This document shows positions 1 through 8,183 of a DNA stretch of 25,200 nucleotides, piece by piece (positions within the stretch are counted from its first letter, which is position 1; each line of letters begins with the position of its first letter). A program made the position numbers and the translations under genes. Source of the stretch: Thermoproteaceae archaeon (GTDB taxonomy: Archaea; Thermoproteota; Thermoprotei; Thermoproteales; Thermoproteaceae). The notes under the pieces are model-generated. The model did no database searches, was not told where the DNA came from, and worked only from the letters and a program-made list of their open reading frames with translations. The stretch is taken from contig JAJHRB010000018.1 in NCBI GenBank assembly GCA_020833025.1, forward strand, positions 1 to 25,200, read 5' to 3'.

Positions 1-126
1 AATTCCTTTAGCCATCAAAAAGCCGCTGTCCTTCATTGTGGAGCACAACCGAGTAGCCCCCACCAAAGGGGAGGTAACCTCCAAGACCCCAAGGAATCCC
101 GCCCTTAAGGGCGGGGAGGAGGTCAG
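1..126 (+). mobile_element. tnpB: Right end of an IS200/IS605-family (IS1341/ISC1316-like) element, including the tnpB C-terminal tail
   Basis: Perfect 18-bp palindrome CCCGCCCTTAAGGGCGGG (98-115) followed by GAGGAGGTCAG (116-126), the typical subterminal hairpin plus TCAG end of archaeal IS605-type elements. There is a second small hairpin, GGAGG-TAA-CCTCC (70-82). Frame 2 reads IPLAIKKPLSFIVEHNRVAPTKGEVTSKTPRNPALKGGEEV, resembling Thermoproteales TnpB tails as I recall them. Most of the element lies outside the window. Confidence 0.75.
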
Positions 127-128
127 GT

Positions 129-518
129 TCACATCTGCGGTATGTTCACCACTTTGAGAAACCTCAGCCCCCTCCCAGCGCGCGAGAGCCTGGAGACCAG
201 CTCGCGCACTCTGTCTCCGCCGCCGACTGTGTGAACTACCTCGAGGCAGAGTCTGTCCGTGAGGTGTATGTGCGTTGACGCCCTGATCATATCGCGGTAG
301 TCGTGCTGGACCTCGGCGAGAGACTTTGCAATCTCTCCCTTCTCGTGGTCGTAAACCAGTACTATGATTGACGCCAGCGGTGCCTGCACTGTCTCACTCA
401 CCTTCTCCGCTACTAGAGTCGCGATGAAGCGAGACCTGTTCACCTCGCCCATCGCTGCCATCATTGCCTCCATCTTCCTGTACAGCTCGTCGTCAAGTGC
501 TATGCTTATGCGCTTCAT
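129..518 (-). CDS. nikR: Nickel-responsive regulator NikR (RHH plus ACT-like domain)
   Basis: N-terminal ribbon-helix-helix MKRISIALDDELY...NRSRFI, then the Ni-site pattern YDHE...QHDY...STHIHL...CLEV. TATA box (minus-strand TTTTATTA) at 540-547. Confidence 0.9.
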   Translation of the reverse strand: MKRISIALDDELYRKMEAMMAAMGEVNRSRFIATLVAEKVSETVQAPLASIIVLVYDHEKGEIAKSLAEVQHDYRDMIRASTHIHLTDRLCLEVVHTVGGGDRVRELVSRLSRAGRGLRFLKVVNIPQM

Positions 519-575
519 GTGCTGATATGAGGTACGAGCTAATAAAAGGCTTATGCTTAATTACAGGTATAGAGC

Positions 576-1098
576 TCATGGTGTGCCTCCCCTCATCCCC
601 CCGCCTCCCCCGCCCCGGGCCCGGCGCCGGATCTTGCAGTCCGCCGCTCTCCTCCAGCTCCTGCACTGGCCAGCTCTCCGGCACGTCAGCGGCAGCCCGC
701 TCCTGCCCGCCCAGCGGCCCTCAATTTTCTGCCGCGCCTCAGGCGGCATCGTGAGGACGTCGTAGCGCGAGCGTTCTGCAAGCCCCATGGCGCGCCGCGA
801 GCGCGGCGCACGGGAACTGGCAGCGCAGGCCGCCGAGTCTCGCGTGCTTGTAGCGCGCGGCCACGCAGTCCGCGCCCACACGCCCACATCGCCCGCGCGA
901 TGCGGCAAGCTGGATGCCGCCGTCAGGAGCATCCCTGCGCTAGAACCCCCGTGCCGCGGGGGCGTATCCCGCGACGCAGGGGATCTGGCACAGGCCCCCT
1001 ACTGGCAAGGGGCCTGGTGGAGTCGTGCCAGTCACGTTTCTTGCAAGCTGTGTGCCGCGACCGTGCCTCCTGGCGAAGTCGAGGGGCTCTACACGCAG
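576..1098 (-). pseudogene. Heavily deleted remnant of a COG2108-like radical SAM gene
   Basis: A TATA-like AT patch (1121-1130) precedes CTG at 1098, which reads LRVEPLDFARRHGRGTQLARNVTGTTPPGPLPVGGLCQI, resembling the family GxLPxGCxxC start. In-frame TAG at 940-942. Later fragments DCVAARYKHA and RRAMGLAERSRYDVLT resemble the family C-terminal YCSxxYKD...RxAxxxxxxYxxxT region. The CxxxCxxC motif is absent. The family call rests on recalled similarity. Confidence 0.5.
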
Positions 1099-1239
1099 GC
1101 GGGAGGCAGGGGGAGGCGGTTATTGATTAAGCCCGGGAGGGCGCAGGACGCGAAATGCCGTCTCACTCTGGAGGGCTGCCGCGCTGGCTCCTGGCGCCGC
1201 CCGGCGTGATGGCGTCGTACAGGGGCGTCCCGTGTGTCG

Positions 1240-1857
1240 TTAGGGGACGCCGCGCGCACTGGCGCTGCACGAGATCCTCGCGAGCAACGCCCACACTATC
1301 TCGTTCACCCTCTTGGCGTGCTCGACGACATAGCCCCACTTACCGCTAATTGACGCGAACACCAAGTAGCGGTCGCCCCCCAGCGGGTTGACTGACAGGT
1401 AAATTCCATTGCCCCCTTGAGGCTCGCCGGAAACCAGGACGTGCCCGCGCCTGTCAAACACCACGCCGGCCATTTCAACCCGCTCCTCGCCGCAAGTGCT
1501 CATGACGACGCCGAGCGAGACGTTAAACTCGGCACGCGGGGGCTCGGGCACGGAGAGCTCTGACAGCACCCTGGACAGGTCGGCGGCGCCGCGCATCGCG
1601 AGCTGGTGCTTGTCGGCCGTGACGCCCAGAGCCCCGCGCGGGAGGTCCACGAGCAGGTACACCTCCCCCTCCTCGTACACGCGCCTCCCGGCGTATCCGC
1701 CTGGAAGCGCGTCCACGTAAACGCGTCCCTCTCTGAAGCCAGACCTCGCGACCTCGTACCCGAGCCTCACGAGACCCTTAAGAACTGCCGGCACGTCCAG
1801 CGCGCTGCCGTACACCAGCCAGAAGAGGTACGTGCTACTGTAAACGCTCCACGCCAT
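1240..1857 (-). CDS. Hypothetical protein (205 aa) in the hydrogenase locus
   Basis: Long ORF with protein-like composition; its start overlaps the end of the 92-aa ORF, suggesting coupling. No motif recognised. Confidence 0.8.
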   Translation of the reverse strand: MAWSVYSSTYLFWLVYGSALDVPAVLKGLVRLGYEVARSGFREGRVYVDALPGGYAGRRVYEEGEVYLLVDLPRGALGVTADKHQLAMRGAADLSRVLSELSVPEPPRAEFNVSLGVVMSTCGEERVEMAGVVFDRRGHVLVSGEPQGGNGIYLSVNPLGGDRYLVFASISGKWGYVVEHAKRVNEIVWALLARISCSASARGVP

Positions 1858-2113
1858 TCCCGCCAGCCGCCTCGCGCCTGGAGCTGAGGTGCCTCTTTAC
1901 GATCTCGTCGCGCAGCGCCCCGGCGTCAACGCCCTGCGCCAGCTCCCTGGCGCTGCCGAGGTCGGCCAGCCACCTCACAACAATCTCCGAGATCGCCTCG
2001 CGCAGCGCGCTCTCGAGTGGGCCCACAGTCACGCCCCGCACGGCGTCTCTGAGCTGCACGTAGGCCCGGTAGAGCCGCCCGAGAGTCCTGGCGAGGTCCT
2101 TAAGCTCGCTCAC
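1835..2113 (-). CDS. Hypothetical helical protein (92 aa) in the hydrogenase locus
   Basis: GTG start about 20-27 bp after a TATA-like CTTTTAAG (plus 2133-2140) that overlaps the upstream protease stop; amphipathic helical pattern. Confidence 0.75.
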   Translation of the reverse strand: MSELKDLARTLGRLYRAYVQLRDAVRGVTVGPLESALREAISEIVVRWLADLGSARELAQGVDAGALRDEIVKRHLSSRREAAGGNGVERLQ

Positions 2114-2133
2114 GCGCGCCCTGGCGCCGGGCC

Positions 2134-2691
2134 TTAAAAGCTAGTGCGCCCCGCGGTGCCCGGCGCGGTCGCCCGCGGGCGCGCGCCCAGCGCCCTCTCG
2201 TAGCAGCGCAGTATCTCTGCCTCGGGGTCTCCTTCCCATCTGAGCACCAGCCCGTAGCCGGCCAGAATGTCCTCGAGCTCGCGCAGCACTGCCCTCGCGG
2301 CGGAGAGCACCTGTCTCGAGGGGGGCGAGAGCAGTTCGAGAGATGCCGGGCCCACGGCAACGAGGCGGGCCTCGACGTCCCTCCCCATGGCCCTTAGGTA
2401 GCCCACCAGGAGCGAGGGCGGAACTCTGTGGGCGTCCAGCAGCCTTGTCTCTCTCACCGTGAGCGAGCCCTCTATTCTCTCGACGGCCACCGCGCCTGGC
2501 GGCAGACTCGCATCGACATCGACGAACACTAGCACGTCGTAGTCAGACAGGAGGCCCAGGAGGCCCACCCCGTGGGCGTCGCCGTCGTAGACAAAATCGT
2601 TGAACTGCATCAAGTACTGGGCGAGGCACGAGCCAAAGCCGTCGTCGCCGTAAAGGGGGTTCCCGAGGCCTACCGCTAAAACTCTCGCCAC
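2134..2691 (-). CDS. Hydrogenase maturation endopeptidase (HyaD/HybD/HoxM family)
   Basis: GLGNPLYGDDGFG motif, VFVDV Asp and DAH His, so all three metal ligands are present; starts 6 bp after the hynL stop. Confidence 0.92.
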   Translation of the reverse strand: MARVLAVGLGNPLYGDDGFGSCLAQYLMQFNDFVYDGDAHGVGLLGLLSDYDVLVFVDVDASLPPGAVAVERIEGSLTVRETRLLDAHRVPPSLLVGYLRAMGRDVEARLVAVGPASLELLSPPSRQVLSAARAVLRELEDILAGYGLVLRWEGDPEAEILRCYERALGARPRATAPGTAGRTSF

Positions 2692-2697
2692 GCGGGG

Positions 2698-4617
2698 CTA
2701 CGGGGTGTAGACGTGCGACCAGATGACCTTCTCGATGACCTTGTAGACCCTCCCGCCCTCGCCTCTCGCCTCGAAGTGAACCGCGCACGCTATGCACGGG
2801 TCGAAGCTCCTGATGGCCCTCACGAGGTCCAGCCCCGTCCACTTGTCGGGCTCTATTTCCTCCGTGACGTAATTATTCAGCGCCGCCATCTCGAAGGGGC
2901 CGGCGCACTGCCCCGCGAACTCGCCAGTGCAGCGGTTGTTGCGCGGGCTCACGTTCGGCGTTGTCGGCGCCTCGTACTGGTAGTTCACCAGGATGCCCTC
3001 GCGCTGCACAAGCCAGTGCATGCAGCTGCCGCGCGGCACCTGCCACCAGCCGAAGCTGTAGCTGAAGCTCGGCCACCTGCCGTAGGACCACGGCCTCGAC
3101 GTCAGCACCATGCCCTTGTTTACGAGATCGAGAGCGTACAGCAGGTAGGCCCAGGCCACGGCGGCCACTAGGGCCAGGTGGACGGCCCTCGCGAGCAGGC
3201 GCTCCATTGTCGTCGAGTACTTCGGCAGCTTCCACTCTATCACGAGCTCGTCGCGCGTTCCGGGCGGCAGGTCGGGCGCCACCGTGTTGCCCGGCAGGTA
3301 TATCTTCAGCCTGCTGCCGTCGCTCTCCCACGCCTTGAAGCCTGCCAGCTCGAACTTAGTGGCGTGCAGCGTGTCGAGCCAGAGCTGTGATATAGGCCCG
3401 GTCTCCAGCGGCACAACCCTCCCGTCCTTCAGCACCACTCTCGGCTCGGCGTCCCAGCTGTACTTCGCGGCGAAGTTTATCGCGCCTGGTTTTGGCAGCG
3501 TCGTGCGGTTCCACATGTGGTATTTATAGAGCGGGTCCATGCCGTGCACAAGAGGCCTGCCGAGCGGGTCCTCCTTGATCCAGCCGGCCGGCGGCGCGAC
3601 GTTGGCCTTCGCCCAGTCCTCGTAAAACGCCGACTCGACGAACTCGACGTAGCCGAGCTGGATCTCAGTCACGTTCTTGCTGTAAATCTCACGGCCTATT
3701 GCAAGGCCTGGCTTTTCCGCGCGCGCGTTATAAGCCTTGTCCAGCAGCGCGTACATCTCCCTCCAGCTCCCCCTCGCCTCGTCTGCTATGCTGCTGTACA
3801 CCTCCGGGTGGTCAGCCCAGCCGCTTGCGTGCATTACCGGCGGGTCATGGGTCTTGCCCTGCGTCAGCGCGTACGGCTCGCCCGCGGGCGTGGTCACGTG
3901 GTCGCGGTAGAACTCGTAGAGGTCCTGCCACACGGCCCACACGAACTTGACCCACGCCGTCAGAGCAGTGAGGCCGGAGTACAGCTCGAGCAGCATCGCG
4001 GGGAGGTTGGTGATGTCTGTCGTTATCCCGCCGGGCACCAGCACGTTCGGGTGGGGCGCCCTGCCGTAAATCAGGGACCCTATCCTCCTCGACTCCCTCT
4101 GGTACTTGACTGCGAGCTGCCAGATCCTCCCCACGACCGGGTTCATGTCTCTCATTATGTCTGCTATGGTCCTGTAGCCGTGAATGTTGGAGTACTTGGC
4201 GGGGGTCTCCCGCGCGGCGCTCCAGACAGACGGCGTGAGCTTGCTGACGATGAGCTCGCTGTAGTCGGGCCCCTCGAGCAGGTTGAGGATAAGCGGGTGG
4301 TCGTACAGGTACTCGCCGAATGCGTACCCAAGCGCCCTGAGCGCAATGCCCATCGGGTAGGGCGTCATGCCCGCCGCGGCGTCGTTCGCGGCAGTTGAGG
4401 CGTTCGCGTGCGCTGCTCCGCACACGCCGCAGCTCCTCGACGTTATCTGTATTGCGTCCTCGGGAGGCTTGCCGCGCAGGATGACCTCAAAGCCGCGAAA
4501 CATCATTGTAGAGGTTCTCGCCTCGCGCACGCGCTTGGTGGAGGCGTCAATGTCGGCGTACAGCGCGAGGTGCCCTTCAATTCTCGTTATGGGATCTATC
4601 CATAACTTCACTGACAT
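2698..4617 (-). CDS. hynL: [NiFe]-hydrogenase large subunit (group 1, crenarchaeal 1g-like)
   Basis: DPITRIEGH; L1 RSCGVCGAAH; L2 SFDPCIACAVH followed by a 25-residue cleavable C-terminal extension. Confidence 0.97.
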   Translation of the reverse strand: MSVKLWIDPITRIEGHLALYADIDASTKRVREARTSTMMFRGFEVILRGKPPEDAIQITSRSCGVCGAAHANASTAANDAAAGMTPYPMGIALRALGYAFGEYLYDHPLILNLLEGPDYSELIVSKLTPSVWSAARETPAKYSNIHGYRTIADIMRDMNPVVGRIWQLAVKYQRESRRIGSLIYGRAPHPNVLVPGGITTDITNLPAMLLELYSGLTALTAWVKFVWAVWQDLYEFYRDHVTTPAGEPYALTQGKTHDPPVMHASGWADHPEVYSSIADEARGSWREMYALLDKAYNARAEKPGLAIGREIYSKNVTEIQLGYVEFVESAFYEDWAKANVAPPAGWIKEDPLGRPLVHGMDPLYKYHMWNRTTLPKPGAINFAAKYSWDAEPRVVLKDGRVVPLETGPISQLWLDTLHATKFELAGFKAWESDGSRLKIYLPGNTVAPDLPPGTRDELVIEWKLPKYSTTMERLLARAVHLALVAAVAWAYLLYALDLVNKGMVLTSRPWSYGRWPSFSYSFGWWQVPRGSCMHWLVQREGILVNYQYEAPTTPNVSPRNNRCTGEFAGQCAGPFEMAALNNYVTEEIEPDKWTGLDLVRAIRSFDPCIACAVHFEARGEGGRVYKVIEKVIWSHVYTP

Positions 4618-4638
4618 TGAGGCCGGCCAGCTGCGCTA

Positions 4639-4670
4639 TTATTAAATTGCCTTTCCGGGCGCGCGAAAAA
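4639..4670 (-). promoter_or_regulatory. hynL promoter: TATA box plus dyad motif TTTTC-N8-GGAAAG
   Basis: Minus strand reads TTTTTCGCGCGCCCGGAAAG-gcaa-TTTAATAA; TATA at -22 to -29 and motif at -34 to -53 from the ATG. Confidence 0.7.
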
Positions 4671-4684
4671 GAGGAGGGGCGGGT

Positions 4685-6016
4685 TCACTCGAGGGCCTTC
4701 GCCACTAGGTTCGATATGTGCTCAACCCCGACGTCGACTTTATGGAACTTGAGGCCCGCTCTCAGCGTCTCGATGCACGCCGGGCACGCCGTTACTAGCA
4801 TCTGCACGCCGGACTTTCTCACGTCCTTAACCTTCTTTAGCATGGCCCTCCTAAGCGCTTCTTCCGTCTCCCTTAAGAATGCCGACTCCCGCGGGCTCAC
4901 CCCCGCCGTGATGTCAGTGCCCAGAAGCTGCGAAACGCGCCTGTAGAACTCCTCGGAGAGGAATATAATGCCCGCGCCGCCGCTGCAGCACCAGCTCCTC
5001 TCGCCGTGGCCGGGGAGGTCGCGGTAGTCTGTGAACTTCCTGAGGACCTCTCTCGGCTCCTCTATCACGCCGCCCCTCCTGGCAAGGTGGCAGGGGTCGT
5101 GCCACGCGACCCTGATGCCGAGCGGCTTGAGCCTCAGCCTCCCCTCTCTGACGTACTCGGCGAAGAGCTCAATCACGTGAAGCACTTGAAAGCCGAGGGG
5201 CCTCCTCAGGATATTTGTCGCCTCGAATCTGAACTGCGGGTAGACGTACCCGCCGTCAATGAAGACGGCGAGGCGCGGCGACAGCGACTCGGCGTACGCC
5301 ACGAGGTCCTTGATTGTGTCCCTCTGCGCCTTGACGTCGCCAGCAATGGCGCCGAAGGGAGGCCTCACGCCGAACGGCACCTCGGGGAGCGTGAAGTCCT
5401 CCCCGACGCGCTTGAGCACCTTGATCGTGTTTAGCACTGCGTCCCGCGTCAGCGTGATGTCCATGAGCGTCACGGCGAGGAGGACCCTGGCGCCCCGCCT
5501 GCCGACGGGCGCCTCTGCCTCCTTCAAGAACGCCTCCCAGGCGGACTTGACGGCGGGGTGCCCCTTGTAGAGCCCGTCTCTCTCAAACCGGGCGAGCACC
5601 TTCATTATAGTTGGCGCGACTCCCGCCTCGTACAGCATCTGCCTGAGCGCCATCATCATGGCACCGCTGTCAATTCCGTACATGCATGCTATGTAACAGA
5701 AGCCGCAGTCAGCGCACCTGTACGCGCTCCTCAGCAGCTCCCACAGCTCCTCCTCCGTCCTCGGCATCCTGGCGCCGACTACCCTGCCCGCGAGGATTCC
5801 TGCCGCCGTGTACCTCCTCCTCAGAATCTGCCTGACGAGCTCTGCCTTCTCGACGGGCGCGAACTCCTCGTCAACGTAGTAGTACGGGCACCAGGGAGCG
5901 CAATTCCCGCAGCCCACGCACGACTCCATGTAGTGCAGCGTCACGGAATTAAGCCTCACGACAGGCAAGTGAGCAGGCGGCAGCACGGTCGGCACGCGCG
6001 GGTATATTGTAGTCAT
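4685..6016 (-). CDS. isp2: Isp2 / HdrD-DsrK-like iron-sulfur subunit
   Basis: Two ferredoxin-type motifs CVGCGNCAPWC and CADCGFCYIAC; C-terminal CCG domain (HDPCHL, CCSGG, TACPAC); first CCG domain degenerate; lies between isp1 and hynL. Confidence 0.9.
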   Translation of the reverse strand: MTTIYPRVPTVLPPAHLPVVRLNSVTLHYMESCVGCGNCAPWCPYYYVDEEFAPVEKAELVRQILRRRYTAAGILAGRVVGARMPRTEEELWELLRSAYRCADCGFCYIACMYGIDSGAMMMALRQMLYEAGVAPTIMKVLARFERDGLYKGHPAVKSAWEAFLKEAEAPVGRRGARVLLAVTLMDITLTRDAVLNTIKVLKRVGEDFTLPEVPFGVRPPFGAIAGDVKAQRDTIKDLVAYAESLSPRLAVFIDGGYVYPQFRFEATNILRRPLGFQVLHVIELFAEYVREGRLRLKPLGIRVAWHDPCHLARRGGVIEEPREVLRKFTDYRDLPGHGERSWCCSGGAGIIFLSEEFYRRVSQLLGTDITAGVSPRESAFLRETEEALRRAMLKKVKDVRKSGVQMLVTACPACIETLRAGLKFHKVDVGVEHISNLVAKALE

Positions 6017-6037
6017 TGCAGTGGGCTGCTGCCCACC

Positions 6038-6069
6038 TAAAAAAGCCAGCTTTCCGCGCGCGCGAAAAA
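6038..6069 (-). promoter_or_regulatory. isp2 promoter: T-rich TATA box plus dyad motif
   Basis: Plus-strand CTTTCCGCGCGCGCGAAAAA (6050-6069) is 19/20 identical to 4651-4670 and is also at -34 to -53 from the ATG. Confidence 0.7.
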
Positions 6070-6085
6070 TGGGAGCCTGCGAGCT

Positions 6086-6853
6086 CTAGACGCCCCTCTT
6101 GATCACGTTGTCATACCACTCGTGGAGCTTGCCGTACCAGTAGCCCCAGAGGAAGTGGAAGTACTTTGTGAACGGCATTACCGCGACGAACGCCGCGGCC
6201 GAGGTTATGTGAAGTCCCAGCAGGAGCCTGTACCAGCAGACGCCGGGGGGATAGTGGTGCGCCGCGAGCCAGCCGGTCAGCACTATCAACAGCAGGAGAG
6301 GCCAGACGAGGAGGTCCCCCGTCCTGACCCGTCTGTGCCCCCTCGCCTTCTCTACGAACTTCTCCACCATCTTGTACACGATGCCTATCGTGGCTATGAC
6401 TGCCAGAATGTCGCCGTTCAGCACCGAAGTCAGGGGTCCCCAAATTGTGGTCACGCGCTGGACCACGCCGGTCGGCGTCGTAACCTGCAGCGTGCCGGTT
6501 ATCGCGCTTATCGGTATTGCGAGGGGCCAGAGAATGCCGTAAGGCGGTATTATCTGCTGTATGTAGGCTATGTGCTGGGCGAGGAGGAAGACGAGCGGGT
6601 GCAGTGCTGCTAAGTGCAGCACTATCAGGCCGGAGAATGCCTCGACGGCGTTTCCCCTGAATGCAAGTATTATCGGGTTCAGGAATGTCATTATCAGGCC
6701 CTTTATGACGTGCCCAATTCCGCGCGGCCTCCTCACGTAGAACCCGCTTCTGTACACGAAGACGTAGCGCAGCAGCCTGTATGCCGCGCCGACGGCAAAC
6801 AATCCCAGAGCGGCGGGGAATAGGACGTAAATTGCGAGCTCCAGCAGCTCCAT
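6086..6853 (-). CDS. isp1: Isp1 / NarI-DsrM-like membrane cytochrome b subunit
   Basis: Several hydrophobic helices with intramembrane His residues (VLHLAALH, AQHI, GLHI) and the PFTKYFH motif; starts 4 bp after the hynS stop. Confidence 0.9.
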   Translation of the reverse strand: MELLELAIYVLFPAALGLFAVGAAYRLLRYVFVYRSGFYVRRPRGIGHVIKGLIMTFLNPIILAFRGNAVEAFSGLIVLHLAALHPLVFLLAQHIAYIQQIIPPYGILWPLAIPISAITGTLQVTTPTGVVQRVTTIWGPLTSVLNGDILAVIATIGIVYKMVEKFVEKARGHRRVRTGDLLVWPLLLLIVLTGWLAAHHYPPGVCWYRLLLGLHITSAAAFVAVMPFTKYFHFLWGYWYGKLHEWYDNVIKRGV

Positions 6854-6857
6854 CGCC

Positions 6858-8177
6858 CTACTCCCGCTCCCTCGCCCTCCTGGCGAACAGGTAAGCGCCC
6901 ACCGCGCCGAGCACGACTCCGGCGCCCGCGGCTGCCGCTATTGTGGACACCGGCGGCAGCGTCGGGGCGGGCAGGGCCTTCCAGAACGGCTCGTAGGCGT
7001 CGGAGAATCCCGGCATCGTGCAGCCTATGCACACGCCGCCGGCCCTCACGGGCCCTCCAACCCCGGCAATCCAGCCGACCTTGTTCCACGGGCAGTTCGA
7101 GATCGGCCCCTTGCAGCCGACCGAGAATAGGCATTTGTAGTCGCTAGAGCCCGGGTACTCCCTGAGGTCGCCGGCAGTGTAGGCGCCGGCACGCGGGCAC
7201 TGCTCGTGCACCGTGCGCCCGTATATGAACCTAGGCCTCGCGTACTCGTCGAGGAAGTCCTCGCGCCTCAGCACGTGCGGCTTCAGTATCCCGGCCACGA
7301 CGAGCACGGCGAGCGCGAGAGTCCTCACTATGGCGTTGCCGTTGACGGGACAGCCGGGCAGCGCTACTGCCGGCTTCGAGGTCTTCAGGTCTGGCTCTCC
7401 CCCCTCGTCTATGTACTTGCGGAAGGGCAGTACCTCTGGCTCAAAGTAGGACTGGTGAATCATGCCCCTGTACCCGCGGATTGGATCATCAAAGAAGCCG
7501 AGAGAGCCCGTCGGCGAGGGGGACCAGCTCGGCGGCGTGAAGCCGGGCGGCGGCTCGAGGACCTTATTAGCCGGCATCCCGCCGTAGCTGGAGCAGTTGC
7601 CGACGGTCACCACGGCGAGCGCGTTCTTGAGCAGGTGCTTGAGCCACTCGGCGCACGTCCTGTGCCCGACGACGCAGTAGTAGCCGCCCCTCTCTCTGAT
7701 GTTCGTGCCCGGGATGTCGGCCTCCTGCGGGAAGGAGCCCTCGAGCACCAGGACGTACGGCCCGTACTTGCCCTCGGCAATCTCCTCTAGGTGCCTGTCG
7801 GCGTCAGAGACTCCCTCAACTGCCTGTGTCTCCAGATAGTCGTAGAGCCTCTTCCTGTCGGCAACGTCGGAGGGATCCCTTATGTGATAGGTACCCCACG
7901 GCGGGAGGACTGTGTCGTGGGCCAGCAGGACGACAGTCCCCGGCGGGACCAGCGGCGTCGTCCCGAGCAGCACGTCCTCGAGAGTCGGGTCCGTCGCCTG
8001 GATTATTGCAGTGGTGTCGCCGGTGCAGCTCTGGGCCTCGAACCAGACGACCTTGGCTAGACCCTCCCTCACCGCAGCCGACGCCGCCCTCACTATGGCG
8101 CTCCAGTTGAGGGCGGAGAGAGCTGCGGCGAGAGACCCCGCCCTTAGCAGGTCGCGCCTGGTTATCGCAAGCCGCAC
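6858..8177 (-). CDS. hynS: [NiFe]-hydrogenase small subunit with Tat signal and C-terminal membrane anchor
   Basis: TRRDLL twin-arginine signal; EAQSCTGD, VGNCSSYGG and LPGCP (proximal); HEQCPR...CLFSVGC (distal); CKGP..NC...CIGC (medial, Pro so 3Fe-4S type); C-terminal hydrophobic helix. Confidence 0.96.
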   Translation of the reverse strand: MRLAITRRDLLRAGSLAAALSALNWSAIVRAASAAVREGLAKVVWFEAQSCTGDTTAIIQATDPTLEDVLLGTTPLVPPGTVVLLAHDTVLPPWGTYHIRDPSDVADRKRLYDYLETQAVEGVSDADRHLEEIAEGKYGPYVLVLEGSFPQEADIPGTNIRERGGYYCVVGHRTCAEWLKHLLKNALAVVTVGNCSSYGGMPANKVLEPPPGFTPPSWSPSPTGSLGFFDDPIRGYRGMIHQSYFEPEVLPFRKYIDEGGEPDLKTSKPAVALPGCPVNGNAIVRTLALAVLVVAGILKPHVLRREDFLDEYARPRFIYGRTVHEQCPRAGAYTAGDLREYPGSSDYKCLFSVGCKGPISNCPWNKVGWIAGVGGPVRAGGVCIGCTMPGFSDAYEPFWKALPAPTLPPVSTIAAAAGAGVVLGAVGAYLFARRARERE

Positions 8178-8183
8178 GGGTGG

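Noticed and set aside
519-580. NikR operator in the AT-rich nikR promoter, and in 9305-9330
   Set aside because: ATATGA at 525-530 has no matching half-site at 16-bp spacing; TTAC-N12-GTAA near 9309-9328 is too short to call.
930-1035. Structured RNA (SRP RNA, RNase P RNA or cobalamin riboswitch) suggested by the CAGGCCCC/GGGGCCTG hairpin
   Set aside because: No SRP helix-8 motif, RNase P GAGGAA/ACAGAA or B12 box was found; the pseudogene reading fits better and GC-rich stems arise easily.
1155-1349. Plus-strand 64-aa ORF with plausible TATA spacing
   Set aside because: It overlaps the 205-aa gene antisense, has no recognisable motif, and the AT patch is explained by the minus-strand remnant.
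3712-3734. Fourth copy of the promoter motif (TTTCCGCGCGCGCG, 14 nt identical to 6051-6064)
   Set aside because: It lies inside hynL coding sequence (YNARAEKP), lacks the GAAAA half-site and has no TATA at the conserved distance.
3517-4398. Long antisense ORFs, such as 293 aa opposite hynL and 361 aa opposite hypF
   Set aside because: Expected shadow ORFs of GC-rich coding sequence, with low-complexity Arg/Ala/Pro composition and no motifs.
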